This document shows, piece after piece, positions 36,225 to 47,126 of a stretch of 64,000 nt of DNA. The stretch spans positions 22,382,001-22,446,000 of the forward strand of contig NC_135907.1 in assembly GCF_964194155.1 (NCBI RefSeq), in the 5' to 3' direction. How positions within the stretch are numbered: position 1 is the stretch's first letter; each line of letters begins with the position of its first letter. Origin of the DNA: Cetorhinus maximus. Taxonomy: Eukaryota. Made by a program: the position numbers and the translations under genes. Below the pieces are notes generated by a model that saw only the letters and a list, made by a program, of their open reading frames with translations, was not told the DNA's origin and did not search any database.

Positions 36225-36545
36225 CTGCTGATTGGTCAGGCCAACCGCCCGCCTCCCTAAAGGCTCGAATGCTATTGGAGGACTGGGCTGCCAGTCAGGT
36301 GACGCAGGGGGCGCTGTTGAAGATGGCGGACAGGCCGGGTGAGGAGGGGAATCCAGCGGAGACGCTCCAAGCGGGACCCGATACAGTGTATCCAGAGCGG
36401 GAAACATTGTATCCAGAGCGGGAAACATTGTATCCAGAGGGAGTGGAGTTGAAACAATGTATCCGGGGTCCGAACTCCGAGACAGAGACTGGGGGACGGG
36501 GCCCAGGCTGGCTCCAGGGACGGAGCCTCTGGGCAAGGTCACCCT
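36225..36545 (+). promoter_or_regulatory. ATP5MF CpG-rich promoter
   Basis: Reverse CCAAT boxes (ATTGG 36231, 36274), GC box ccgcccgcc about 36246, CTCF-like GACGCAGGGGGCGC 36301-36314, YY1 AAGATGGCGG 36320-36329 over the ATG, ERR-type CAAGGTCA 36534-36541. Confidence 0.7.
36323..36338 (+). CDS. ATP5MF: ATP synthase membrane subunit f, exon 1 (MADRP+G)
   Basis: aagATGGCG start inside a YY1 motif; donor CGG|gtgagg; phase 1 fits exon 2. Confidence 0.88.
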
Positions 36546-36589
36546 GAGCGGGCAGGAGGCTCATCCTGGGGATAGTGAGTGAGAGACTG

Positions 36590-37035
36590 AGGGGGGAGGA
36601 ATGGGCCAGAGGGAGTGAACTGGGGCGAGGAATGGGTCAGAGGGAGTGAACTGGGGGGAGGAATGGGTCAGAGGGAGTGAACTGGGGGGAGGAATGGGTC
36701 AGAGGGAGTGAACTGGGGGGAGGAATGGGTCAGAGGGAGTGAACTGGGGGGAGGAATGGGTCAGAGGGAGTGAATTGGGGGGAGGAATGGGCCAGAGGGA
36801 GTGAATTGGGGGGGAGGAATGGGCCAGAGAGAGAGGGGTTGGGGGGGGTGGTTATGAGCCAGAGAGAGAGGGGTTGAGGGGTGGGGGGGGGTGGGGGTTA
36901 TGAGCCAGAGAGAGAGAGGTTGGGGGCGGGGGGTGGGGGTTATGAGCCAGAGAGAGAGGGGTTGGGGCCGGGGGGTGGGGGTTATGAGCCAGAGAGAGAG
37001 GGTTTGGGGTGGGTGGGGGTTATGAGCCAGAGAGA
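36590..37035. repeat. G-rich compound minisatellite in ATP5MF intron 1 (about 31-bp unit x7, then about 40-bp unit x5)
   Basis: gaggaatgggtcagagggagtgaactggggg repeats, then gggggttatgagccagagagagagggttgggg repeats; a 21-bp triple repeat also lies at 36388-36440. Confidence 0.92.
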
Positions 37036-38159
37036 GGAGCTGGGACTGTGGTATAGAGTGAGCTGGTGGAGCATTCTTCCAGAGAGAAGGGAAATGGGTC
37101 TGTTAGGGGTCAGAGTGAGCCAGAGGGATCTGAACTGCAGCGAGAAGGGCTGAGAGCTGGTTACTTTGGGGTTCAAAGTGAATCTGGGGAAGAGTTGAAC
37201 CCAGAGAGGAGTTGTGAGCCGGTCTATTGGGGTTCGGAGTCAGGATATAGTCTATCCCAGAGGGAGAGTGAGGGACTGAGCTTGTCCCGTTGGTGGTGAT
37301 CCAGGGTGTAGTCTAACTTATCTAAGGAAGGTATGAGCTGCTGCTCTGTTGGGGATCCGAATGTTGGTAGAATCTTAACCAGATGTAAGAAACAGCAATC
37401 ATACTTTTTTTAAAGAAGGGCAGATGCACTCATAAGGAATGTAGAACACACAGTGTGAACACCAACTTGGAAAAGGGATTAATCTGATTTGTGGGTCCTG
37501 GAATGATTGTGGGGATAATGTATATAACGTTGGCTTGGTAGTAAAGTTCAAACGAAAAGGACCCCAGTTATAATTGGGCATTCAAATATTTGCTTCAGGC
37601 ATTGGTACTGAGAGGGTTAATGTATTTTCTGGTGTAGGAAGAAAGCTGGTGAGATTAATTGTTCAGGAGATGTTAGGTGGGTGGGTTAAGGTGGCTCTGG
37701 GTGGGACAGAATTTTAGGATTGGTTATAGAAGGGGGTTGGGGCTGATGGTTTGAGTGTGGTTTTGGATGGAGTTACATTTGGACAAGTGTGTCAGCCTGG
37801 GTTATCTTTTAAGTCTCTGGAGTGGAGCTTGCACCCAGAAATCTTTTTGATTTTTGGGTAGGAATGCCAGCCAGCTGAGCCAAGCTGACTCTTGTGTTTC
37901 CTCCACTGCACAGGCTGCGATGGTTTAAGAAGGTGACTGGCCACCACCACCTCGAGGGTAACGAGGGATGGCCAGTCAACGCTAGCCTTGCCCATGACGG
38001 CTACCGTGATTCCCGTGAATGAATAATTGAGAAGAAAGTTGTAACTTCGATTATTTTCTGGTGATTTACAACCTCCGTTCCCCCCCCGCCCCCCCCCCCA
38101 CCCCCCCCTCACTCCTCCCCGGCCACGTGTTGACCTCTTGTTTCTTTCTGTGCTGACAG

Positions 38160-38267
38160 TTCCAGTTATGGAGAAGCGGCTGATGGATGTGAAACTGGGG
38201 GAGCTGTCCCGATGGATCACTGCGCGAGACTTCACTCCCAACGGCATCCTAGGGGCTTTGCGTCGAG
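38160..38267 (+). CDS. ATP5MF: ATP5MF exon 2 (V-PVMEKRLMDVKLGELSRWITARDFTPNGILGALRR, 108 nt)
   Basis: Acceptor ctgtgctgacag, donor GAG|gtgaga; VKLGEL..W...RDF.P signature of subunit f. Confidence 0.97.
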
Positions 38268-38532
38268 GTGAGAGTGCCATCCTACCCCATCTGCAAATAA
38301 CTCCGCAGCGAATTCCAACGGGAAAACAGGAACACTTTGTTGTTTCCTTTTTAATCAGGCTACGAGTTTGTTAACCTTTTCCCTGAACAATGCATTGTTT
38401 ACCATAAGGGCTTGTGATTGAATTGATGTGAGGGTGTAGGACTACCTCATTTTGGCTCGTTCAGATTGGAGCTTGTTGAAGGCAGGAACAGAATGGTTCT
38501 TCAGTGAATGCGTGTGTCTGTATGTATGTGTG

Positions 38533-39052
38533 TGTTTGTGGGTGCTCGCGCGCCTGTCCGCCTGTTTGTGGGTGCTCGCGCGCCTGTCCGCCTGTTTGTG
38601 GGTGCTCGCGCGCCTGTCCGCCTGTTTGTGGGTGCTCGCGCGCCTGTCCGCCTGTTTGTGGGTGCTCGCGCGCCTGTCCGCCTGTTTGTGGGTGCTCGCG
38701 CGCCTGTCCGCGGGTGCTCGCGCGCCTGTCCGCGGGTGCTCGCGCGCCTGTCCGCGGGTGCTCGCGCGCCTGTCCGTGGGTGCTCGCGCGCCTGTCCGTG
38801 GGTGCTCGCGCGCCTGTCCGTGGGTGCTCGCGCGCCTGTCCGTGGGTGCTCGCGCGCCTGTCCGTGGGTGCTCGCGCGCCTGTCCGTGGGTGCTCGCGCG
38901 CCTGTCCGTGGGTGCTCGCGCGCCTGTCCGTGGGTGCTCGCGCGCCTGTCCGTGGGTGCTCGCGCGCCTGTCCGTGGGTGCTCGCGCGCCTGTCCGTGGG
39001 TGCTCGCGCGCCTGTCCGTGGGTGCTCGCGCGCCTGTTTGTGGGTGCTCGTG
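38533..39052. repeat. CpG-saturated minisatellite in ATP5MF intron 2 (30-bp x6, then 22-bp x about 16)
   Basis: Core gggtgctcgcgcgcctgtcc; explains the four overlapping repetitive ORFs at 38452-39115. Confidence 0.97.
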
Positions 39053-39530
39053 CATCACATGATCTGTGCTGAGGGCAGCTGTAGGGTGGTAGGTGGTGTC
39101 TCTATCCTGGTTTAAGGGGGAAGAAAAGGTATGGGGAAACTAAACGGAGAAAACAACAAATATTCCTGCCCTTTAATGTTATCCATTTGACCCCTGAGTG
39201 GGAGCGCCCTTGTGGCCCTGGTTCATTCCTGATGCCCCTCAGGGTCGGACAGACACTTGCCTAACATCTGGAGAGGAGAATGGGGCCAGTTACCACTGGA
39301 ATGCGAGGAGCCCTTGGGGGAAAGATGGCAAAAGGAGCTAATTGTACAATAGTTTAGTTGCTTGGTGCAGTTTTTTTTTTACACAGACTTTGTAATACAA
39401 TTAAACAGCGAGTGACAACCCCGGAATTTTCACTGATTTTAAAACTCTGCGAAGTCATGCCCTCATATGGATGAGTTAGTAATGACTGTGTTTTAACCTG
39501 TGCCCATGCTATCTTTATCCCCCTCTCTAG

Positions 39531-39647
39531 GCCATAACCGGTATTACAACAAGTACATTAACGTAAAGCGAGGTGGGATTGGTGGTGTCGCCATGGTGCT
39601 GGCTGGTTACGTTCTCATCAGTTACATCTGGGACTATGATCACCTAA
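39531..39647 (+). CDS. ATP5MF: ATP5MF exon 3 (G-HNRYYNKYINVKRGGIGGVAMVLAGYVLISYIWDYDHL, 117 nt)
   Basis: Acceptor ccctctctag, donor TAA|gtaagt; RYYNKYINVK motif followed by the transmembrane helix. Confidence 0.97.
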
Positions 39648-40848
39648 GTAAGTGGAGGCTTCCAGTAGCGAATGCAGTGTAAATTCAGACTCTTAACTAC
39701 TTAGCGAGCCGTTCAAGCTATCGGGGCAACTAGGGGATGGGCAATTAATGCCAGCCTTGCCAGTGACACCCACACCCCAAAAATTTCTTTCCTTCACAAT
39801 CGTTACCTGAGAAATATTTTGGGCTCCTTGCCAAGTAACACCATGGGAGCACCTTCACCACGTTGCCTGCAGTGGTTCAAAAATATGGCTCATCGCCACC
39901 TTCTCAAGGGCAACTAAGGAATCGGCAAAAGAATGCTGGCCTTGCCAGTGGTACCCACGTACCAATCATCTGGATTGCTGGGATAACTGAAGGTCCACTA
40001 CCACCACCTTTGGTAGTTAGAGCTGGATAATGTTTGCCTTGCCAACATCCCTTTGAAATTGATTACACTCATTTTCGTATCCATGTTATGTGCAGCCCCC
40101 CCCCCCAACTTTGGGTGGGGTGAATATTAATAAGCCTTACAAAAGTCGCAATGATGGCCGTTGCTCTGAAATCCACTTTGCGAAGGACCCCTAATTACTC
40201 TGAATTAACCCCATTTACACGGGCAGCCAGTGTAAGGCATCCAGGAGCTGTGCAGAATGAAGTGTGAACGGCATCATGCAGGAACCTTTTATTAAACTTG
40301 AGGCAGTTGCACAGTATGTGCGAAGGAACTCTTGAGTGTTCAAGTCCCACTCCAGAAGCTTTGAGCACACAATCCAGACCGATACTCCCAGTGCAGTCCT
40401 GAGAGAGTGCTGCACTGTCAGAGGTGCCGTCTTTTGGATGAGGGGTTAAACCAAAGTCCCACGGGTGGATGTAAAGGATCCCACGGCACTATTTCAAAAG
40501 AGCAGGGGAGATCTCCCCAGTGCGAGTGTCAATATTTATCCCTCCAATCACCATAATTAAAAACATGATCTGGTCATTATCACTGCCATTGATGGGAGCT
40601 TGCTGAGTTCAAATTTGCTGATGTTTCTCTACAGTCGTCATTATGCTTCAAACAAAAAGCACTTCACTGACTAAAAAGCATTTTGGGATGTACTAAGGTC
40701 ATGAAAGGCGCTATAGAAATGCTTCTGTAAGACTTGGTACTGATGCACAATTCATATAAGTCAGCAGCTTTCAATGATCAATTGTTATCCACTTTCCTTT
40801 TGACCTGTTTATCATTTTTTCCCCCCCCCCACCCCCACTTCCCCTCAG

Positions 40849-40877
40849 AGCACGAGCGTTGGAGAAAATATCACTGA
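40849..40877 (+). CDS. ATP5MF: ATP5MF exon 4 (K-HERWRKYH-stop)
   Basis: Acceptor cttcccctcag; conserved C-terminus KH.R.RKYH; TGA at 40875-40877; total CDS 270 nt = 89 aa. Confidence 0.96.
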
Positions 40878-40959
40878 ACTGCTGCTGGATTCCAGATCGT
40901 TCCGCTCGCTGTATTTATGGAACTTTAAAGAAACGAGTGTTTGAGTTAGAATCATGGAA

Positions 40960-41005
40960 AATAAAATTAGGACCAGTGTCAATCTCATTGTGTGTTTATT
41001 TTTTG
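40960..41005 (+). terminator. ATP5MF polyadenylation signal
   Basis: AATAAA at 40960-40965, followed about 25 nt later by GU/U-rich tgtgtgtttatttttt. Confidence 0.75.
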
Positions 41006-44000
41006 GCTTCTCGGTGGTGGGACTGAATATTCCCATGTTTAGGTAGATTATGAACTGGACACAGTATTTACAGCACAGAAACTGACCGTTCAGCCCAACA
41101 GGCCCAGACTGGTGTTTATCCCCCAGTTAATGCCATGATAGTGCTATTGTTTCAACCCTGACAACATAATAAAGATTCCCTCCCTCTTCTTCAGCCCTCT
41201 TATCCCAGCCTCAACAAAATAGCTTGTAGAAAAACCGCTCTCGTGGTCTCTCCAGTTTTTAGCGGGATCCTTGTCCATTGGGAAGTCTGAAGCCGAAATA
41301 TTCCAACTGAGTTTGTGACTCACTGGGGAGCTCACTGAATTTGCATCCTGCAGCTAATTAACTTGCAGAGAGAAAGCCCTCATTTCCCCCAGTTATGCCT
41401 AGCAAACTATACTTGGGCAGCTTTGGTTATCAAATTGGTGCTTGGATCCAAGTGGAGAGGGCATGTTAATGGTGGGTTGATTATCTTGTTAAGATACACA
41501 GGTGATGGGTGTTGTTTGAGTGAGGACTGGAATGCTCGAGGCTCTTTGCGACCAATAGGTGCCACAGGGGCTGGAGTGCATTATCAGCGCCCCCCACCCC
41601 CCCTACCAAAAAAATGTTATTTTAATTTAATTTTTAATAAGTGTGTTGATTATTTTTTTGTTTCTGGTTGGTGCCCCTTTCAGGGTTTTTCAATTTGTCA
41701 ATTAGTTAATTTGTTTTATTGGTGTACTCGAGAATAAAGAGACTCAGTTGGAACACTGTGGTCGATGGCAGAGATGTGTAATGCTGCATCCTGTGAATAA
41801 ACCCACTGTCAAGGAAAAGATCTGTGTTTTGTACTTCACCCTCTGCCTTGGATCCATTTAACAGGCGTATGGTGTTGGGGGTGTTATTGCCATTGAAATA
41901 AGAAACATTCACAAGGATAGGGTCTCTGCTTTTTGCTCTCGTCTCCCTTACCAACCACTAAAGTCCAAATTAATAATGAAACAAAAAAAGAATCATATTG
42001 ATGTTTGTGTTGGCTACACACTCCAGTCTGGCCAGTGCCCACTGGCTGTGGGTGCCTCATTTGCACCAATGGACTCTGCATGGTCCCTCAACAGGGACAT
42101 AGCCACAATAGAGAGGCAGGTAACCAGAGCTGATAGTCTCCTTGATTGCTCTCTGCCTGGGCCTGTAGCTAACCATCTTTAGCTAGGCTTAGCAGCAGTC
42201 TGACACGGACGTCCTCTGACCTACCCACTTCCCTTCTCTGGTCAGAGTAACCAAAGAATTCCAGAGGTGAGAGTGACTGTCCTTGACAGCAAGACTTCCA
42301 CTGAGTGTGGCATTAAGGAGCCCTAGTAAATTTGAAGTCACTGGGAATCAGGGAAAATTCTCCACTGGTTAGAGTCGTTCCTAGTACAAAGGAAGATGGT
42401 TGTGGTTGTTGGTGATCATCCATCTCGGCCCCCAGGACAATCGCTGCAGGAGTTCCTCAGGGCATTATCCTAGGCCCAACCACCTTCAGCTGCTTCAATG
42501 ACCTTTTGTCCATCATAAGGTCAGAAGTGAGGATGTTCACTGATGATTTCACAACGTTCAGCACCATTTACAACTCATAATGAAGTAGGCCATGTCTGCA
42601 TACAGCAAGACCTGGACAACGTTAAAGTTCAACCTGATAAGTGGAAAGTAACATTTGTGCCCACTGTGCCGGGCAATGACCATCCCTAACAAGCAATCCA
42701 ACCATCTCCCCTTGCCATTCAATGGCATTACTATCACTGAATCTGCCACTATCAACATCCTGAGGGTTGCCATTGACCAGAAACTGAATTGGGCTAGCCA
42801 TATAAATACTATGCCTACAAGAGCAGGTCAGAGGCTGGGAATCCTGTGGTGAGTAACTCACCTCCTGACTCCCAAAGCCTGTCCATCCACAGGCAACAGT
42901 CAGGAATGTGATGCCAGAATGTGATAGCTTTTTATTTGAAAGGTGAAGGGAAGAACAAGGATCTCTTTGTACCAGGTAAATGAGACTGTTCCAGAGGTAT
43001 TAGAGGCAAACACACACACACATCTGTTCAAGGAATGCACTGGGAAGAGTGTCCTACAGTCAGTTCTTGTTGAAAATAACAAGACTGACATCACAAGACA
43101 GCAACGAGGGAGCGGTGGAGAGATCAGAACCAGCGCGAGTTGGGGGAAGCTTCAAAAACATCAGCACAAAGGTGAGAGCTGATTGGTGAATAGTGGGTAA
43201 GTGTTTTTCTCCAGTTTAAAATAGATACAGCTAAGGAAAGGTAAGGGGTCTAATTTTTAAAGCACATAAATTAACTTTTTTTTACTGTATTTAACTTAAA
43301 GTAAGGGTTTTCTTTTTCAACTAGAAGCATGGCAGGGCAGCTCAGTCCCGTGTTATGTACCGCCTGCAACATGTGGGAAGTCCTAGGCACTCCTTGCGCT
43401 CTGACCGACCACGTGTGCAGGAAGTGCCACCAGCTGCAGCAACTTGAGCTCCGAGTTTTGGAGCTTGAGAGGCAGCTGGAGGCACTGAGGTGCATCCGTG
43501 AGGCTGAGGGTTTCGTGGATAGCACGTTTTTAGATGTGGTCACCTCAGAGCTTACGGAAGTGCAGACAGAGAGGGAATGGGTGACCATCAGTCAGAAGAA
43601 AGGTGTCAGACAGGTAGTCATGAAATCCCCAGGGTGCATCTCGCTCGAGAACCGTTTCTCTGTGTTGGAAAACGGTGAGTGACGGTTCCTCTGGGGAGTG
43701 CAGCCACACTCATGGCACTGTGAATGGCTCAGCTGCACAGAGGGGAGGAAAAAGAGGGGAAGAACAATAGTGGTGGGAGACTCGATAGTAAGGGGAACAG
43801 ACAGGCGTTACTGCGGCTGTAGACGTGACTCCAGGATAGTTAATTGCCTCCCTGGTGCCAGGGTCAAGGATGTCACTGAATGGCTGCAGAGCATTCTAAA
43901 GGGGGAGGGCAAATGGACAGAGATCGTGGTAGATATTGGTATCAACGACATAGGTAGAAAGAGGGATGAGGTCGTGGAAGCAGAGTTTAGGGAGCTAGGA

Positions 44001-45096
44001 AACAGATTAAAAAACAGGATCTCAAAGGTAGTAAACTTTGGATTACTTCCAGTGCCACGCGCTAGTGAGTATAGAAATAGGAGGTTAGTCCAGATGAATG
44101 CGTGGCTGGAGAGATGGTGCAGGAGGGAAGGCTTTAGATTTCTCGGACATTAGGGCCTGTACAAGGCAGACGGGTTGCACCTGAACCAGAATGGGACCAA
44201 CATCCTTGTGGGGAGGTTTGCTAGTGCTTTTGGGGAGGGTTTAAACTAATTTGGCAGGGGGGTGGGATCCTGAGAGGAGGTTCAACAGGGGGAGATGCAC
44301 AGCCAAAATTAGAAGACAGAGCAAGTGAGTCTGGAAGGCATAGAAATTATAGGCTAGTTAAGGCACAAGGGAGTTTGGCAAAGTTGGATAGTATTTATTT
44401 TAATGCAAGGAGTCTGACAAATAAGGCAGATGAGTTGAGGGCACAAATTAACACATGGAAGTATGATGTCATTGCTGTCACAGAGACATGGTTGAGAGAG
44501 GGGCAGGATTGGCAGCTCAGTATTCCAGGACATATGGTTTTCAGGCGAGACAGAGGAGGAGGTAAAAGAGGAGGGGGTATTGCAGTATTGATCAAGGAAT
44601 CAATTACAGCAGTAAGGAGGGATGACATCTTAGAAGGCTCCTCAAATGAAGCCATCTGGGTAGAACTGAAAAACAAAAAAGGAGCAATCACATTGCTGGG
44701 AGCGTTCTATAGGCCCCCAAACAGTCAGAGAGAAATAGAAGAGCAGATATGTAGGCAAATTTCAGAGAAGTGTAAAAATAATAGGGTAGTAATAGTGGGG
44801 GATTTCAACTTCTCCAACATTAACTGGGTTAGTCATAGTGTGATAGGTTTAGAGAGAGCGGAACTATTAAAATGCATCCAGGAGAGCTTTTTAAGCCAGT
44901 ATGTAGAAAGTCCTACAAGAGAGGGGGAGGTCCTGGACTTAATTTTAGGGAATGAAGCTGGGCAAGTGGTAGAGGTATCAGTGGGGGAGTAATTTGCAGA
45001 TTGTGATCATAACTCAGTTAGATTCAAGGTTGTTATGGAAAAGGACAAGGTTAGGCCAGAAATCAGAGTTCTAAATTGGGGAAGCTGATTTTAATA

Positions 45097-45761
45097 GGTG
45101 CAGCAGGCGGTAAAGAAGGCAAATGGTATGTTGGCCTTCAAAGCCAGAGGATTCGAGTACAGGAACAGGGATGTCTTGCTGCAATTGTACAGGGCCTTGG
45201 TGAGACCACACCTGGAATATTGTGTGCAGTTTTGGTCTCCTTATCTGAGGAAGGATGTTCTTGCTATAGAGGGAGTGCAGCGAAGGTTTACCCGACTGAT
45301 TCCTGGGATGGTGGGACTGACATATGAGGAGAGATTGAGTTGATTAGGATTATATTCACTGGAGTTCAGAAGAATGAGGGGGGGATCTCACAGAAACCTA
45401 TAAAATTTTAACAGGACTAGACAGGGTAGATGCAGGAAGGATATTCCCGATGGTGGGGGAGTCCAGAACCAGGGTTCAGAGGATATGGGGTAGACCATTG
45501 AGATGAGGAGAAATTTCTTCCCCCAGAGAGTGGTGAGCCTGTGGCATTCACTACCACAGAAAGTACTTGAGTCCAAAACATTGTATGTTTTCAAGAAGAA
45601 GGAGTTAGATATAGCTCTTGGGGTGAAAGGGATCAAAGGGTATGGGGAGAAAGCGGGAGCAGGCTATTGAGTTGGATGATCAGCCATGATCATAATGAAT
45701 GACGGAGCAGGCTTGAAGGGCTGAATGGCCTACTCATGCTGCTTGTTTTTATGTTTCTATG
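45097..45761 (+). mobile_element. 5'-truncated CR1 (HER1-like subfamily) nested in ORF2 of the long CR1
   Basis: Encodes LVRPHLEYCVQFWSP, ends in a TTCTATGT tail, interrupts host ...ADFN|IRYDLARVDW; candidate TAATA duplication at both flanks. Confidence 0.9.
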
Positions 45762-46818
45762 TAATATCAGATATGATTTGGCCAGAGTGGACTGGGAGCA
45801 GCTACTTTTAGGTAAACCTGTGTCAGAGCAGTGGGACTCATTCAAGAATGAAATAGGGAGAGTACAGGGCCAACATATTCCAGTAAAGACAAAAGGGTGG
45901 GACCAACAAATCAAGGGAACCCTGGATGTCGAGGATTATACAGGATTGGATAAAGAGAAAAAGGGAGGCTTATGGCAGATACCAAGGGCTCAAAACAGTG
46001 GAAGCCCAAGAGGACTATAGAATGTGTAGGGGGGAACATAAAAAGGAAACTAGGAGAGCAATAAGGGGGCATGAGAAAACATTGGCAGGGAAAATAAAGG
46101 AAAATCCACAGTTATTTTACAAGTACATTAAGAGTAAGAGGATAACTGGGGAAAGAGTAGGGCCCATTAAGGATCATATTGGTAATTTGTGTGTGGAACT
46201 GGAAGATTTGGTAGGGTTCTAAATGAATACTTTGTATCAGTGTTTACAAGCGAGATGGACGATGTGGGTATGGAAATCAGGCAGAAGGACTGTGATATAA
46301 TTAAAGAAATTAGCATAGAAAGGGAGGAGGTTCTAAGTGGTCTGGCAGGCTTAAAAGTAGGTAAATCTCCAGACCCGGATGAAATGTATCCCAGGCTGTT
46401 GAGTGAGGCAAGGGAGGAGATAGCAGGGGCGCTGGCAATAATTTTCAATACCTCTCTGGCCACAGCAGAGGTGCTAGAGGACTGGAGGACAGCCAATGTG
46501 GTACCGTTATTCAAGAAGGGATAAACCAGGGAACTACAGGCCAGTCAGTCTAACCTCAGTGGTGGTGAAACTATTGGAAGCAATTCTGAGGGACAGAGTT
46601 AATCTATACTTGGAGAGGCAGGGATTAATCAAGGACAGTCAGCATGGTTTTGTCAAGGGGAGGTCTCGTCTGACCAATTTGATTGAATTTTTTGAAGAGG
46701 TGACCAGGTGTGTAGATGAGAGCAATGCTTTTGACATAGGCTACTTGGACTTCAGCAAGGCTTTTGATAAGATCCCGCATGGGAGACTGATAATGAAAGT
46801 AAGGGCCCATGGGATCCA

Positions 46819-47126
46819 GAAATAGGGGTCACAGTCTGAGGATACAGGGTAGACCATTTAGGACTGAGATGGGGAGAAATTTCTTCACCCAGAGAGTGAT
46901 GAGCCTGTGGAATTCGCCATCACGGAAAGTAGTTGAGGCCAAAACATTGAATGTTTTCAAGAAGGAGTTAGATATAGCTCTTGGGGCGAAAGGGATCAAA
47001 GGGATATGGGGAGAAAGCGGGAGCAGGCTATTGAGTTGGATGATCAGCCATGATCATAATGAATGGTGGAGCAGGCTCGAAGGGCCGAATGGCCTACTCC
47101 TGCTCCTAGTTTCTATGTTTCTATGT
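46819..47126 (+). mobile_element. Second 5'-truncated CR1 nested in the RT region of the long CR1
   Basis: Splits host HGIQ|GNLANWIQNWL; ends gtttctatgtttctatgt. Confidence 0.9.

Noticed and set aside
38452-39115. Four overlapping ORFs of 184-206 aa
   Set aside because: Stop-free translation of a GC-rich minisatellite inside ATP5MF intron 2.
43329-44250. SGNH esterase / zinc-finger ORFs as a host gene or new system
   Set aside because: This is the standard CR1 ORF1, directly upstream of endonuclease-RT ORF2, and it is disrupted.
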